From NCBI GenBank assembly GCA_963744975.1, contig CAVUVR010000002.1, forward strand, positions 2,785,069-2,849,068: a DNA stretch of 64,000 bases, written 5' to 3'. A program made the translations under genes and the position numbers. Within the stretch, counting starts at the first letter, position 1. The number at the start of each line of letters is the position of its first letter. Source of the stretch: an uncultured Alphaproteobacteria bacterium. GTDB taxonomy: Bacteria; Pseudomonadota; Alphaproteobacteria; Rhizobiales; Xanthobacteraceae. The notes beneath the pieces are model-generated. The model was not told the origin of the DNA and did not search any database. It saw only the letters and a list, made by a program, of their open reading frames with translations. Positions 1-7,992 of this stretch are shown here, in pieces.

Positions 1-730
1 CGATCTGCACTTCGCACCACGCCCCGGGAAACGGTGACAAACCGTTGACATGTCGTAGCACATCGCTCCTAGGTTTATCCCAATCGATCCGCGCGTCCGC
101 CTTCTCTATCTTGGCAGCGTACGTATGTTCATCAGGTTGCTTCTTGAAATTTAGTTTGCCGCGATCGAGCGTGTCCATTACGCGTACCATTAGATCGGCG
201 CCAAGCTGCTTCAACTCGTCATGCAGATCGGCTGCCGTCATAGTGTGCGTAATTTCGACAATGCTTTTGCCCCTAATCTTGACCACATCACCTGTGTCAA
301 GACCGGCATCCATTTTCATTACCATCACGCCACTTTTGGGGTCGCCGTTCATGATGGCGCGATTGATCGGCGCGGCACCGCGCCAGAGCGGCAGTAGCGA
401 CGCGTGCAAATTGAAACAGCCGTGCCGAGGAATATTGAGAATATTCTTTGGCAGGATCATGCCGTAGGCAACGACCACCGCTGCATCGGCGTCGTGCGCG
501 CGAAATTCGACTTCAGCTTCCGGCGTTTTTAACGTCGTCGGTGTCAGCACGGGAATATTGCGCGCGCGCGCTTCCTGCTCCACCGGCGTCGGCTGCAGCT
601 TCATGCCGCGCCCGGCTGGCTTTGCGGCGCGGGTATAAACCGCCACAATCTGATGACCATGCTCTACCAACGCGCGCAGCGTCGGCACCGCGAATTCCGG
701 CGTGCCCATGAAGATCAGGCGGAGTGGCAT
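1..730 (-). CDS. fmt: Methionyl-tRNA formyltransferase, 3' end runs off the window
   Basis: Not in the ORF track (no stop in window). Hand translation from ATG at 730: MPLRLIFMGTPEFAVPTL...VVVAYGMILPK...NLHASLLPLWRGAAPINRAIM...GLSPFPGAW, the classic Fmt motifs. Confidence 0.97.
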   Translation of the reverse strand, partial: MPLRLIFMGTPEFAVPTLRALVEHGHQIVAVYTRAAKPAGRGMKLQPTPVEQEARARNIPVLTPTTLKTPEAEVEFRAHDADAAVVVAYGMILPKNILNIPRHGCFNLHASLLPLWRGAAPINRAIMNGDPKSGVMVMKMDAGLDTGDVVKIRGKSIVEITHTMTAADLHDELKQLGADLMVRVMDTLDRGKLNFKKQPDEHTYAAKIEKADARIDWDKPRSDVLRHVNGLSPFPGAWCEVQI

Positions 731-748
731 TCAATGTCTCGATTATGG

Positions 749-1177
749 CTACGGGACGCTGCCGGTTGCAAAGGGATCAATCACTTCGAGGCCGATGTCG
801 AGAAAATCCTCGGTATCTCGCGTGGCCAAAGCCATTCGATTGCCGAGAGCAATGGCCGCAATCATTGCGTCCATTGGCTCCAATCGCCGCCCCATCCGCG
901 CGCGCGTCGCAGTAATGCGGCCAAACTGCAAGGCGGCAGCTACGTCAAAGTTCAGCACGCGACCGCGGTAGCCTTCAATCAATCGATCGACAGCAGCGCT
1001 CAAATGTTGCTTCCGCGGACTTGTTGCAAGGCGTTCGATTCCGTAACGCAATTCCGCGATCACTGGCGTGCAGATGTATTGGTTCTGGATCGCCTGAGCG
1101 TTGAGCCACGCCATAACCGCCGGATCAGGATTTGGTCGCCAGGCTTCGGAGATGATGTTGGTGTCCAGGACTATCAT
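749..1177 (-). CDS. vapC: PIN-domain toxin, VapC/FitB-like
   Basis: MIVLDTNIISE start, acidic PIN residues, DAMIAAIA and LATRDTEDF motifs; overlaps the upstream antitoxin stop by 4 bp. Confidence 0.92.
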   Translation of the reverse strand: MIVLDTNIISEAWRPNPDPAVMAWLNAQAIQNQYICTPVIAELRYGIERLATSPRKQHLSAAVDRLIEGYRGRVLNFDVAAALQFGRITATRARMGRRLEPMDAMIAAIALGNRMALATRDTEDFLDIGLEVIDPFATGSVP

Positions 1178-1419
1178 TCGAAATCAGGCGGTGGCGATTC
1201 CGGTCCTTCATATTCGAATGTCAAATCGTCCGTGCGAAACTCGGAAGGCACCAGATTGAACAGCCAGGTACCTAGTTTCACGCCATCTTCCGGGAGAGTA
1301 AGACCTTTGCGGATCAGCGATTTGGCTTCTTCGGAAAGATTTTGCTTGTGAGTTCGCGCACGCTCTTCGAGGAGGCGTTTGAGGTCCGGATCGATGTTAC
1401 GAATGAGAAGGTCCGTCAT
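1174..1419 (-). CDS. Ribbon-helix-helix antitoxin, FitA/VapB-like
   Basis: MTDLLIRNIDPDLKRLLEERAR...SEEAKSLI resembles FitA/Arc RHH. Start at 1419 chosen for the GGAG RBS. Confidence 0.85.
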   Translation of the reverse strand: MTDLLIRNIDPDLKRLLEERARTHKQNLSEEAKSLIRKGLTLPEDGVKLGTWLFNLVPSEFRTDDLTFEYEGPESPPPDFE

Positions 1420-1430
1420 GGCAGCTCCGC

Positions 1431-1448
1431 TTGATATCAATGATATCA
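1431..1448. promoter_or_regulatory. Tandem palindromes TTGATATCAA / TGATATCA, probable TA autoregulatory operator
   Basis: Two adjacent palindromes 12-29 bp upstream of the antitoxin start, similar to the TGCTATCA/TGATAGCA half-sites of FitAB operators. Confidence 0.6.
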
Positions 1449-1478
1449 ATGCTACCTTCGAGGGTCAATACGGCGTTG

Positions 1479-2006
1479 CTACTCTGCCGCCCGCTTCGCT
1501 GCCTTCGCAAATTTCTTCAGCACGCGGTCGCGCTTCAGCTTGGAGAGATAATCCACGAACAGCACGCCGTTGAGGTGGTCGATCTCGTGCTGGATGCAGG
1601 TGGCGTACAGGCCTTCGGCGTCTTCCTCGTGCAGCTTGCCGTCGAGATCGGTGAAGCGTACCCGCACCCGCGCCGGCCGTTCCACCTCCTCGTAATATTC
1701 CGGGATCGACAGGCAGCCTTCCTCGTAGGTCGACAGCTCCTTCGACGACGAGAGAATCTCCGGATTGATGAAGACGCGCGGCCGCGGCGTGCTCTCGCCG
1801 TCGTCTTCCTTCTTGGCGAGATCCATGGTGATCAGTCGGATCGGCTGCGCGACCTGGATCGCCGCAAGCCCGATACCGGGCGCGGCATACATGGTCTCGA
1901 ACATGTCGTCGGCGAGTTTGCGTAGCTCCGTCGTGACTTTTTCGACGGGTTTGGAAATGAGCCGCAACTGCTTGTCGGGAAGGATGATTATTTCACGAAT
2001 GGCCAT
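1479..2006 (-). CDS. def: Peptide deformylase
   Basis: [13 protein letters not shown] and QHEIDHLNG motifs; start trimmed to MAIREII. Confidence 0.98.
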   Translation of the reverse strand: MAIREIIILPDKQLRLISKPVEKVTTELRKLADDMFETMYAAPGIGLAAIQVAQPIRLITMDLAKKEDDGESTPRPRVFINPEILSSSKELSTYEEGCLSIPEYYEEVERPARVRVRFTDLDGKLHEEDAEGLYATCIQHEIDHLNGVLFVDYLSKLKRDRVLKKFAKAAKRAAE

Positions 2007-2072
2007 GGCGGGCGATTTAATCTGCTGGTCTGGCGCGGTCAATGCGCTCCGCGCCGGCAGCTTGACCCGGCC

Positions 2073-2128
2073 TTAACCATGAACTTTAACCCGACGCTAA
2101 CCATCAAAATCAACTCGGTATTAACCAT
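2073..2128. promoter_or_regulatory. Cluster of CtrA-like TTAACC(AT) half-sites
   Basis: TTAACCAT 2073, TTAACC 2086, CTAACCAT 2097 and TTAACCAT 2121. 2086-2100 forms TTAA-N7-CTAA, one mismatch to the full box. Confidence 0.4.
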
Positions 2129-2156
2129 AAAAATTAGCGCTCTATTCAGCATAAAT

Positions 2157-2171
2157 GTTCCCTCTTCGTTC
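2157..2171 (+). promoter_or_regulatory. Alphaproteobacterial LexA (SOS) box
   Basis: Exact GTTC-N7-GTTC (GTTC CCTCTTC GTTC) 33 bp upstream of rmuC. Confidence 0.75.
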
Positions 2172-2203
2172 GTGTTTACCTCCGAATCGGCTACAAAGGC
2201 TGA

Positions 2204-3415
2204 ATGAACGATATCCTTTTAATGATCGGCGACACGCCGGTCACCACCGGCGCGGCGCTGATCGGCTTCGGCACGCTGGCACTTCTGCTGCTTCTGGCCA
2301 TCGCGGTCGTGATCGCGCGCTCCGGCAGCCGCGGCGCAGCACTGGCGATGGCGCAGGCCATCCGAGCCGACGAGCTGGAGGAGCGCCTCTCTGAGATGAT
2401 GCGCGCCCAGTCCGAGGCCACCGGCCGGGTCGATGCCATGGGACAGCACCTTGCCGGCCGGCAGGCCGAGATGGCGCGCGCGGTCAGCGAGCGGCTGGAT
2501 TCGGTGACCCACCGGGTCGGCCAGTCGATGGAGCAGACCACGCGTAACACCATGGAAAGCCTGAGCGCGCTGCACGAGCGGCTCGGCATCATCGACAACG
2601 CGCACAAGAATCTCACCGACCTCACTTCGCAGGTGACGACCTTGCGCGACGTGCTCGCCAACAAGCAGTCGCGCGGCGCGTTCGGCCAGGCGCGGATGGA
2701 GTCCATCGTCCAGGACGGCATGCCGAAGGATTCCTATGCCTTTCAGCACACGCTCTCCACCGGCAAGCGACCGGATTGCGTGGTGTTCCTGCCCGATCAG
2801 CGGCCGCTGTGCATCGACGCCAAATTCCCGTTGGAGGCGATGACCGCGCTGCACGATGCGCGCAGCGATGACGAAAAGAAGCTCGCGACCCAACGGCTGC
2901 GCACCGACGTGATGAAGCATGTGAGCGACATTGCCGAGAAATACCTGATCCCCGGCGAGACCCAGGATACCGCGCTGATGTTCGTGCCGTCGGAATCGGT
3001 CTATGCCGAAATCCACGACGGTTTCGACGACGTGATCCAAAAAGCCTATCGCGCCCGCGTCGTACTGGTATCGCCGTCGCTGCTGATGCTGGCGATCCAG
3101 GTGATGCAGCAGATCCTCAAGGACGCGCGGATGCGCGACGCCGCAGACCAGATCCGCACCGAGGTCATGCATCTCGGCGACGACCTCGGCCGCCTACGCG
3201 AGCGCGTGCTGAAGCTGCAGAACCATTTTGGCCAGGCCAACGAGGACGTCCGCCAGATCCTGATTTCCGCCGACAAGATCGAAAAGCGCGCCGGCAGGAT
3301 CGAGGAACTGGATTTCAGCAAGTCCGATGCGCCCGCCGAGACGCCGCGGATCGTCAAATCGGATCGCCCCGAACTGTTTCCGCCGCTGCCGCGCAAGCTG
3401 CAGGCGGGGGAGTAG
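2204..3415 (+). CDS. rmuC: DNA recombination protein RmuC
   Basis: N-terminal TM and coiled coil, RGAFG, RPDCVV, IDAKFP and ALMFVPSE motifs. Confidence 0.95.
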   Translation: MNDILLMIGDTPVTTGAALIGFGTLALLLLLAIAVVIARSGSRGAALAMAQAIRADELEERLSEMMRAQSEATGRVDAMGQHLAGRQAEMARAVSERLDSVTHRVGQSMEQTTRNTMESLSALHERLGIIDNAHKNLTDLTSQVTTLRDVLANKQSRGAFGQARMESIVQDGMPKDSYAFQHTLSTGKRPDCVVFLPDQRPLCIDAKFPLEAMTALHDARSDDEKKLATQRLRTDVMKHVSDIAEKYLIPGETQDTALMFVPSESVYAEIHDGFDDVIQKAYRARVVLVSPSLLMLAIQVMQQILKDARMRDAADQIRTEVMHLGDDLGRLRERVLKLQNHFGQANEDVRQILISADKIEKRAGRIEELDFSKSDAPAETPRIVKSDRPELFPPLPRKLQAGE

Positions 3416-3420
3416 ACCCT

Positions 3421-3558
3421 CGTGTCCCGGACGCGGTGCGGCATTCTTCATGCCGCTCCGCAGAGCCGGGACCCCGGTTAAGTAAAGCAAGCTGGGTCCC
3501 GGCTCTGCAGCGCACCACGCCGCGAAGTAGCGACGTGCTGCGCTGCGTCCGGGACACG
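3421..3558. repeat. REP-like element, family A (CGTGTCCCGG...CCGGGACACG)
   Basis: Inverted termini; homologous to copies at 15628, 21413, 32404, 47802, 56535 and 61452. Confidence 0.85.
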
Positions 3559-3570
3559 CCGCACCAACTT

Positions 3571-3596
3571 GAAACCGCGAGGCCAGCGCGCCCGTA
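3571..3596 (+). promoter_or_regulatory. Possible ECF-sigma promoter (GAAACC-N16-CGTA)
   Basis: One mismatch to the GTAACC/CGTA motif before the precursor genes; 33 bp upstream of ccdA. Confidence 0.4.
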
Positions 3597-3628
3597 GTTG
3601 ACACACGGTCAACCGATGGTGCGATGCG

Positions 3629-4363
3629 ATGATCCACGATGTCTCGATTCCTGCGGCACTGATTGCCGGCATCGTCAGCTTCCTGTCGCCCTGCGTGCTG
3701 CCGCTGGTGCCGCCCTATCTGATCTATCTCACCGGCGCGACCATCGAGCATGTCGCCACCGGCGAGCAGGCGGCAGCCTCGAAACGGGCGGTGATGCTGT
3801 CGGCGCTGCTGTTCGTGCTCGGTTTTTCCACCGTCTTCATCGCGCTCGGCGCCAGCGCCAGCGTTGTCGGCGGCCTGATCCGCGCCTGGTCGGCGCAGCT
3901 CTCGATTCTAGCCGGGATCGTCATCATCGTCATGGGCCTGCATTTCCTGGGGCTGACCCGGATCGCCCTGCTGATGCGCGAGGGGCGGCTGTCGATTGCA
4001 AAGCCGGTCGGGCTCGGCGGCGCCTATGTGATGGGCCTTGCCTTTGCGTTCGGCTGGACGCCCTGCATCGGACCGATCCTCGCCGCGATCCTGTCGGTCG
4101 CAGCTAGCGAAGCCACGGTGACGAAAGGGGCCGGATTGCTCGCGGTCTATTCCGCAGGGCTTGGCATTCCCTTCCTGCTGGCGGCCTTCATGATCGAGCA
4201 ATTCTCGTCGCTGCTGGCGCGGCTTAAGCGGCATCTGGCCAGCGTCGAACGCGCAATGGGTGTATTGCTGGTGCTGACCGGAGTCGCGTTTCTCACCGGC
4301 AGCATGTCCGGCATCAGCATCTGGCTGCTCGAGGCGTTTCCGGCGCTGCAGAATTTCGGCTGA
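3629..4363 (+). CDS. ccdA: CcdA/DsbD-type transmembrane thiol-disulfide electron transporter
   Basis: SPCVLPLVP and WTPCIGPIL Cys motifs, about 6 TM segments. Confidence 0.9.
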   Translation: MIHDVSIPAALIAGIVSFLSPCVLPLVPPYLIYLTGATIEHVATGEQAAASKRAVMLSALLFVLGFSTVFIALGASASVVGGLIRAWSAQLSILAGIVIIVMGLHFLGLTRIALLMREGRLSIAKPVGLGGAYVMGLAFAFGWTPCIGPILAAILSVAASEATVTKGAGLLAVYSAGLGIPFLLAAFMIEQFSSLLARLKRHLASVERAMGVLLVLTGVAFLTGSMSGISIWLLEAFPALQNFG

Positions 4364-4369
4364 AGGCGC

Positions 4370-4395
4370 GTAACAATCAGACTGTCGGGGACGAA
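4370..4395 (+). promoter_or_regulatory. ECF-sigma promoter (GTAACA-N16-CGAA)
   Basis: Matches the sigmaF/EcfF-type consensus; 50 bp upstream of doxX. Confidence 0.65.
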
Positions 4396-4444
4396 ACTCC
4401 CGCATCGCATCAAATGCTTTTCAACAATCGATCAAGGGGGGCTT

Positions 4445-4909
4445 ATGAATTTCATCGTCAATCTTCTCATCGTCCTGCCGGCGCGGATCGCGTCTCACTT
4501 CGCATGGGCCGGGCCGCTGGTGATGCGGCTGGTGGTCGGCTACGTCTTCATGCTGACCGGCTGGGGCAAGCTCAATAACCTGCCGCAGATGATCCAGAAT
4601 TTCACCGAATGGGGCATCCCGTTTCCCAACATCCTCACCCCGTTCGTATCCGGCGTGGAATTCTTCGGCGGCATCCTGCTCATGCTCGGCCTGTTCACCC
4701 GGATTCCGGCAGCGATGCTGGCCGTGGTCATGCTGGTCGCCATCAAGTCGGCGAAATGGGAAAATGTCGATTCGCTGGAAACGCTGCTGGGGTTCGAGGA
4801 AACGACTTATTTTGCTGCGTTTCTTTGGCTCGCGATTGCCGGCCCCGGCGCCGTCTCACTGGATCGGCTGCTGCTGCGCGCAAGCGGAAACGAGGACGCG
4901 CCGCAGTGA
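4445..4909 (+). CDS. DoxX-family membrane protein (BufD-like)
   Basis: RLVVG..F...GWGK, E..GG..L.LGL.TR and GPG..SLD DoxX motifs. Confidence 0.9.
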   Translation: MNFIVNLLIVLPARIASHFAWAGPLVMRLVVGYVFMLTGWGKLNNLPQMIQNFTEWGIPFPNILTPFVSGVEFFGGILLMLGLFTRIPAAMLAVVMLVAIKSAKWENVDSLETLLGFEETTYFAAFLWLAIAGPGAVSLDRLLLRASGNEDAPQ

Positions 4910-5010
4910 TCGGGATGGCCTCACGTTTCGGTGACAAGGGCGGAAACGCTGAGCCCGGCTTTGCCCGCCTCTCGTAGCTCTCCTGACTGATCGACATCCC
5001 GGGAGACGTC

Positions 5011-6807
5011 ATGAAACTCGTCCGCGCACTGGCTTTCGCCGTTGCAGCTTTCGCAACGTCACCATCTTTCGCGGCCGAACCCATCCAGTGGAATGGCTGG
5101 AGCGACGCGTTGTTTTCCCGCGCGGCCGCCGAGAAGCGGTTTGTGATTCTCGATCTCGAAGCGGTGTGGTGCCATTGGTGCCATGTGATGGAAAAGACCA
5201 CCTACGCCGACCCCGACGTCACCGAATTGCTGGCCTCGAAATACATTCCGGTCCGGGTCGATCAGGATGCGAACCCCGACCTCTCCAGCCGCTACGGCGA
5301 CTGGGGCTGGCCGGCAACCATCGTATTCGCCCCTGATGGCACTGAGATCGCCAAGATCCGCGGCTATATCGAACCGGCGCGGATGCAGGCCCTGCTCAAG
5401 GCGATCATCGACGATCCATCGCCGGGTCCTTCCGTCGGCGAAGCGTTTGAGATCAAGCCCTCCGCATCGATCTTCCTGGGCAAGCAGCAGCGCGCCGAAC
5501 TGGTCAAGAATGTCGACGAATCCTACGAAGACAAGCTCGGCGGCTGGGGTGAAAACCAGAAATACATCGACCCCGACAGCATGGACCATGCGATGGCCCG
5601 CGCGGAGGCTGGCGACGAAGTCGCCGCCAGGCGCGCGCGGCAAACCTTTGACGCCGCGATCGCGCTGATCGATCCGGTGTGGGGCGGCGTGTTCCAGTAT
5701 TCGGAAGGCGGCAGCTGGAGCAAGCCGCATTTCGAAAAAATCATGTCGTTTCAGGCGCAGTACTTAAGGCAATACAGCCAGGCCTATGCGCTCTGGAAGG
5801 ACGAGAAATATCTCACTGCGGCGCGCGACATCGAACGCTATCTCGCGGACTTCCTGATCAGCCCGGACGGCGCCTTCTATGTCAGCCAGGACGCCGATCT
5901 CGACCACGATACCGATGGCCACAAATATTACGCGCTTGGCGACGCCGAGCGGCGCAAACGTGGCATGCCGCGCATCGACAAGAACCTTTACGCGCGGGAG
6001 AATGGCTGGGCGATCAGCGGTTTGACCGCATTCTACAACGTCACCAACGACGCAAAAGTGCTGGCGATCGCCGAACACGCCGCGAAATGGGTCAACGCCA
6101 ACCGGGCCCTGACCGGCGGCGGTTTCCGTCATGGCGACAAGGATCGCGGCGGGCCGTTCCTGGGCGACAGCCTCGCGATGGGACAGGCGTTTCTCGATCT
6201 CTACGCCGCCACCGGCAACCGCGAATGGCTCGCGCAAGCCGCCAAGGCCGGCGATTTCATCGGCGCAAATTTCAAGGACGAGGCCGGCGGCTTCTTCTCA
6301 TCGAAAACCAGCGAGGGCAAAGTCGGTGTGTTCGCCAGGCCGCCGAAACATTCCGACGACCAGATTCAGGTCGCCCGCTTCATGAACTTGCTGGACCGTT
6401 ATTTCGGCAACGACGCCTACAAGGACCATGCGGCGCATGCGATGCGCTACCTGACGAGCTTCTCGAGCGAAGGTGCGCGGCCGATGCCGGGCGTGCTGCT
6501 TGCCGACGAGGAACTCGCGGTGGAGCCGACGCACATCACCATCGTCGGGCACAAGGACGATCCCCGCGCCCTGGCCCTGCATGCGACCGCACGGGCGTTC
6601 CCGGCGCGCTACAAGCGGCTCGAATGGCTCGATCTGCGGGAGGGCAAGCTGCCCAATCCCGACGTCGAATATCCCGACCTCGGCGAGCCCGCGGCGTTCG
6701 CCTGCAGCAACCGGATTTGTTCGTATCCGTCGTTCAAGGCCGAAGAGCTTGCAGCGACGGTGAAGCAGATGGCGAAGCTGAAGCCGTCGCGCGCGGCTTC
6801 GAACTGA
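5011..6807 (+). CDS. Exported thioredoxin-domain protein, YyaL/SSP411 (DUF255) family
   Basis: Signal-peptide-like N-terminus, WCHWCHVME CxxC, GWPAT, D...GG.F.YS...W..PHFEK motifs. Confidence 0.88.
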   Translation: MKLVRALAFAVAAFATSPSFAAEPIQWNGWSDALFSRAAAEKRFVILDLEAVWCHWCHVMEKTTYADPDVTELLASKYIPVRVDQDANPDLSSRYGDWGWPATIVFAPDGTEIAKIRGYIEPARMQALLKAIIDDPSPGPSVGEAFEIKPSASIFLGKQQRAELVKNVDESYEDKLGGWGENQKYIDPDSMDHAMARAEAGDEVAARRARQTFDAAIALIDPVWGGVFQYSEGGSWSKPHFEKIMSFQAQYLRQYSQAYALWKDEKYLTAARDIERYLADFLISPDGAFYVSQDADLDHDTDGHKYYALGDAERRKRGMPRIDKNLYARENGWAISGLTAFYNVTNDAKVLAIAEHAAKWVNANRALTGGGFRHGDKDRGGPFLGDSLAMGQAFLDLYAATGNREWLAQAAKAGDFIGANFKDEAGGFFSSKTSEGKVGVFARPPKHSDDQIQVARFMNLLDRYFGNDAYKDHAAHAMRYLTSFSSEGARPMPGVLLADEELAVEPTHITIVGHKDDPRALALHATARAFPARYKRLEWLDLREGKLPNPDVEYPDLGEPAAFACSNRICSYPSFKAEELAATVKQMAKLKPSRAASN

Positions 6808-7008
6808 CGCCGGCGTTGCAGTGCAAAAACGACTATCGTCTCGTTTGCCGGCTGCGCAACAGGCCTAATCCTTTGAAGAATCAGGATTTTTGGACCTGCG
6901 GGCTGTGCAGGCCTTTCTTTGCCACGCAACGAAATACTTTTTACGGGGCGGTGTTAGGCATAGACGGGCTGTCGAACTCAAAAAAACGAAACTTTCTTTT
7001 GAAACCGC

Positions 7009-7034
7009 TGTAACCAAATCGCTCGATGCTCGTA
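7009..7034 (+). promoter_or_regulatory. ECF-sigma promoter of precursor 1 (TGTAACCAAA-N12-CGTA)
   Basis: Same motif and spacing as 7519-7544. Confidence 0.75.
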
Positions 7035-7165
7035 CCTAATTCTGGATGGATTTCCAAGGAGCCGGGTTTCCCCTCGCGATTTGAAATGCATCCGGACTTT
7101 TCGTCGTGCGGTTCTGTGAACGACGGCATCGCATTTTAGTATCAACAATCTTCGAGGAGATCGTC

Positions 7166-7429
7166 ATGAAGTTGGATTCCAAATCAGGTGCTACGCTCGC
7201 TGCCGCCGCCGCCACTCTGTTTCTCGCCGGCGCCGCTGTATCGACCGGATCGACGACGGCGTATGCCGCGGACGGCAAGTGCATGGCTGCCAATGCCTGC
7301 AAAGGCCAGAGCGCCTGCAAGGGCGGCGCGAATTCCTGCAAGGGCCTGAACGCCTGCAAGGGTCAGGGTTTCGCGAAGATGTCGGAAGCCAAGTGCAAGG
7401 CCACGGGCGGCGCGTTCGTCAAGAGCTGA
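7166..7429 (+). CDS. Cys-rich exported RiPP precursor 1, bufferin (BufA2)-like
   Basis: GAGGAG RBS, Sec-type signal ending AYA-A, six Cys in repeated CKG units (C-x5-C-x5-C-x6-C-x5-C-x12-C); upstream of DUF692. Confidence 0.85.
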   Translation: MKLDSKSGATLAAAAATLFLAGAAVSTGSTTAYAADGKCMAANACKGQSACKGGANSCKGLNACKGQGFAKMSEAKCKATGGAFVKS

Positions 7430-7449
7430 TCGTTATTATTCAATCCGGA

Positions 7450-7480
7450 GGCCTGGCATTCCATGCCGGGCCTTTGTTTT
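7450..7480 (+). terminator. Intrinsic terminator after precursor 1
   Basis: GGCCTGGCAT-tcc-ATGCCGGGCC stem (one G.U) followed by TTTGTTTT. Confidence 0.8.
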
Positions 7481-7518
7481 CAAACAGCCCGCGGCAGGCA
7501 AGATTATTTTATGCGTCG

Positions 7519-7544
7519 TGTAACCAAACCAGACCTTACACGTA
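7519..7544 (+). promoter_or_regulatory. ECF-sigma promoter of precursor 2 / MNIO operon (TGTAACCAAA-N12-CGTA)
   Basis: Same motif and spacing as 7009-7034. Confidence 0.75.
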
Positions 7545-7630
7545 TTTGATCTTGGTGCAGCTCTATCGGACCTCGCAATGTCGCGGTTCGAATTCGGTGC
7601 ATCCTCGGCAAACCCCTGGAGGAAATTAAC

Positions 7631-7888
7631 ATGAAGGTTACTTCGAAATCCGGTGCCACGATTGCTGCGGCGGCCGCCACCCTGTTTCTGGCCGGCGCCA
7701 CCATGACGACGGTTGCCCATGCGGCCGGTGAAGGGAAATGCGTCGGCGTCAACGCCTGCAAGGGCCAGAGCGCCTGCAAGAGCGCGGCGAACGCCTGCAA
7801 GGGGCAGAACGCCTGCAAGGGCCAAGGGTTTTCGGCCATGACCAAGGACCAGTGTGCTTCGTCCAAGGGCAAGTTTGAGCCGTCCTAG
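7631..7888 (+). CDS. Cys-rich exported RiPP precursor 2, bufferin (BufA2)-like
   Basis: Paralog of 7166-7429 with identical six-Cys spacing and a GGAGG RBS. Confidence 0.87.
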   Translation: MKVTSKSGATIAAAAATLFLAGATMTTVAHAAGEGKCVGVNACKGQSACKSAANACKGQNACKGQGFSAMTKDQCASSKGKFEPS

Positions 7889-7899
7889 ACATTGTCTGG

Positions 7900-7930
7900 A
7901 GACGGGGCAGGCGTAGGCCGCGCCCCGTCT
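7900..7930 (+). other. Intergenic GC-rich hairpin without U-tract between precursor and MNIO
   Basis: AGACGGGGC / GCCCCGTCT 9-bp stem with a 13-nt loop. Confidence 0.65.
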
Positions 7931-7992
7931 TCATGATAGCATCCTTAGGACCCTTGGCCCACGGCCTGCCTTGGCCGCGAGCGGAGCAAGCA

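Noticed and set aside
5679-7013. Long alternative-frame or antisense ORFs (also 7945-9225, 37339-38898, 44469-46529, 27505-28458, 36579-38303)
   Set aside because: They overlap well-supported genes, are Arg/Ala/Pro-rich shadows typical of high-GC DNA, and carry no recognisable motifs.
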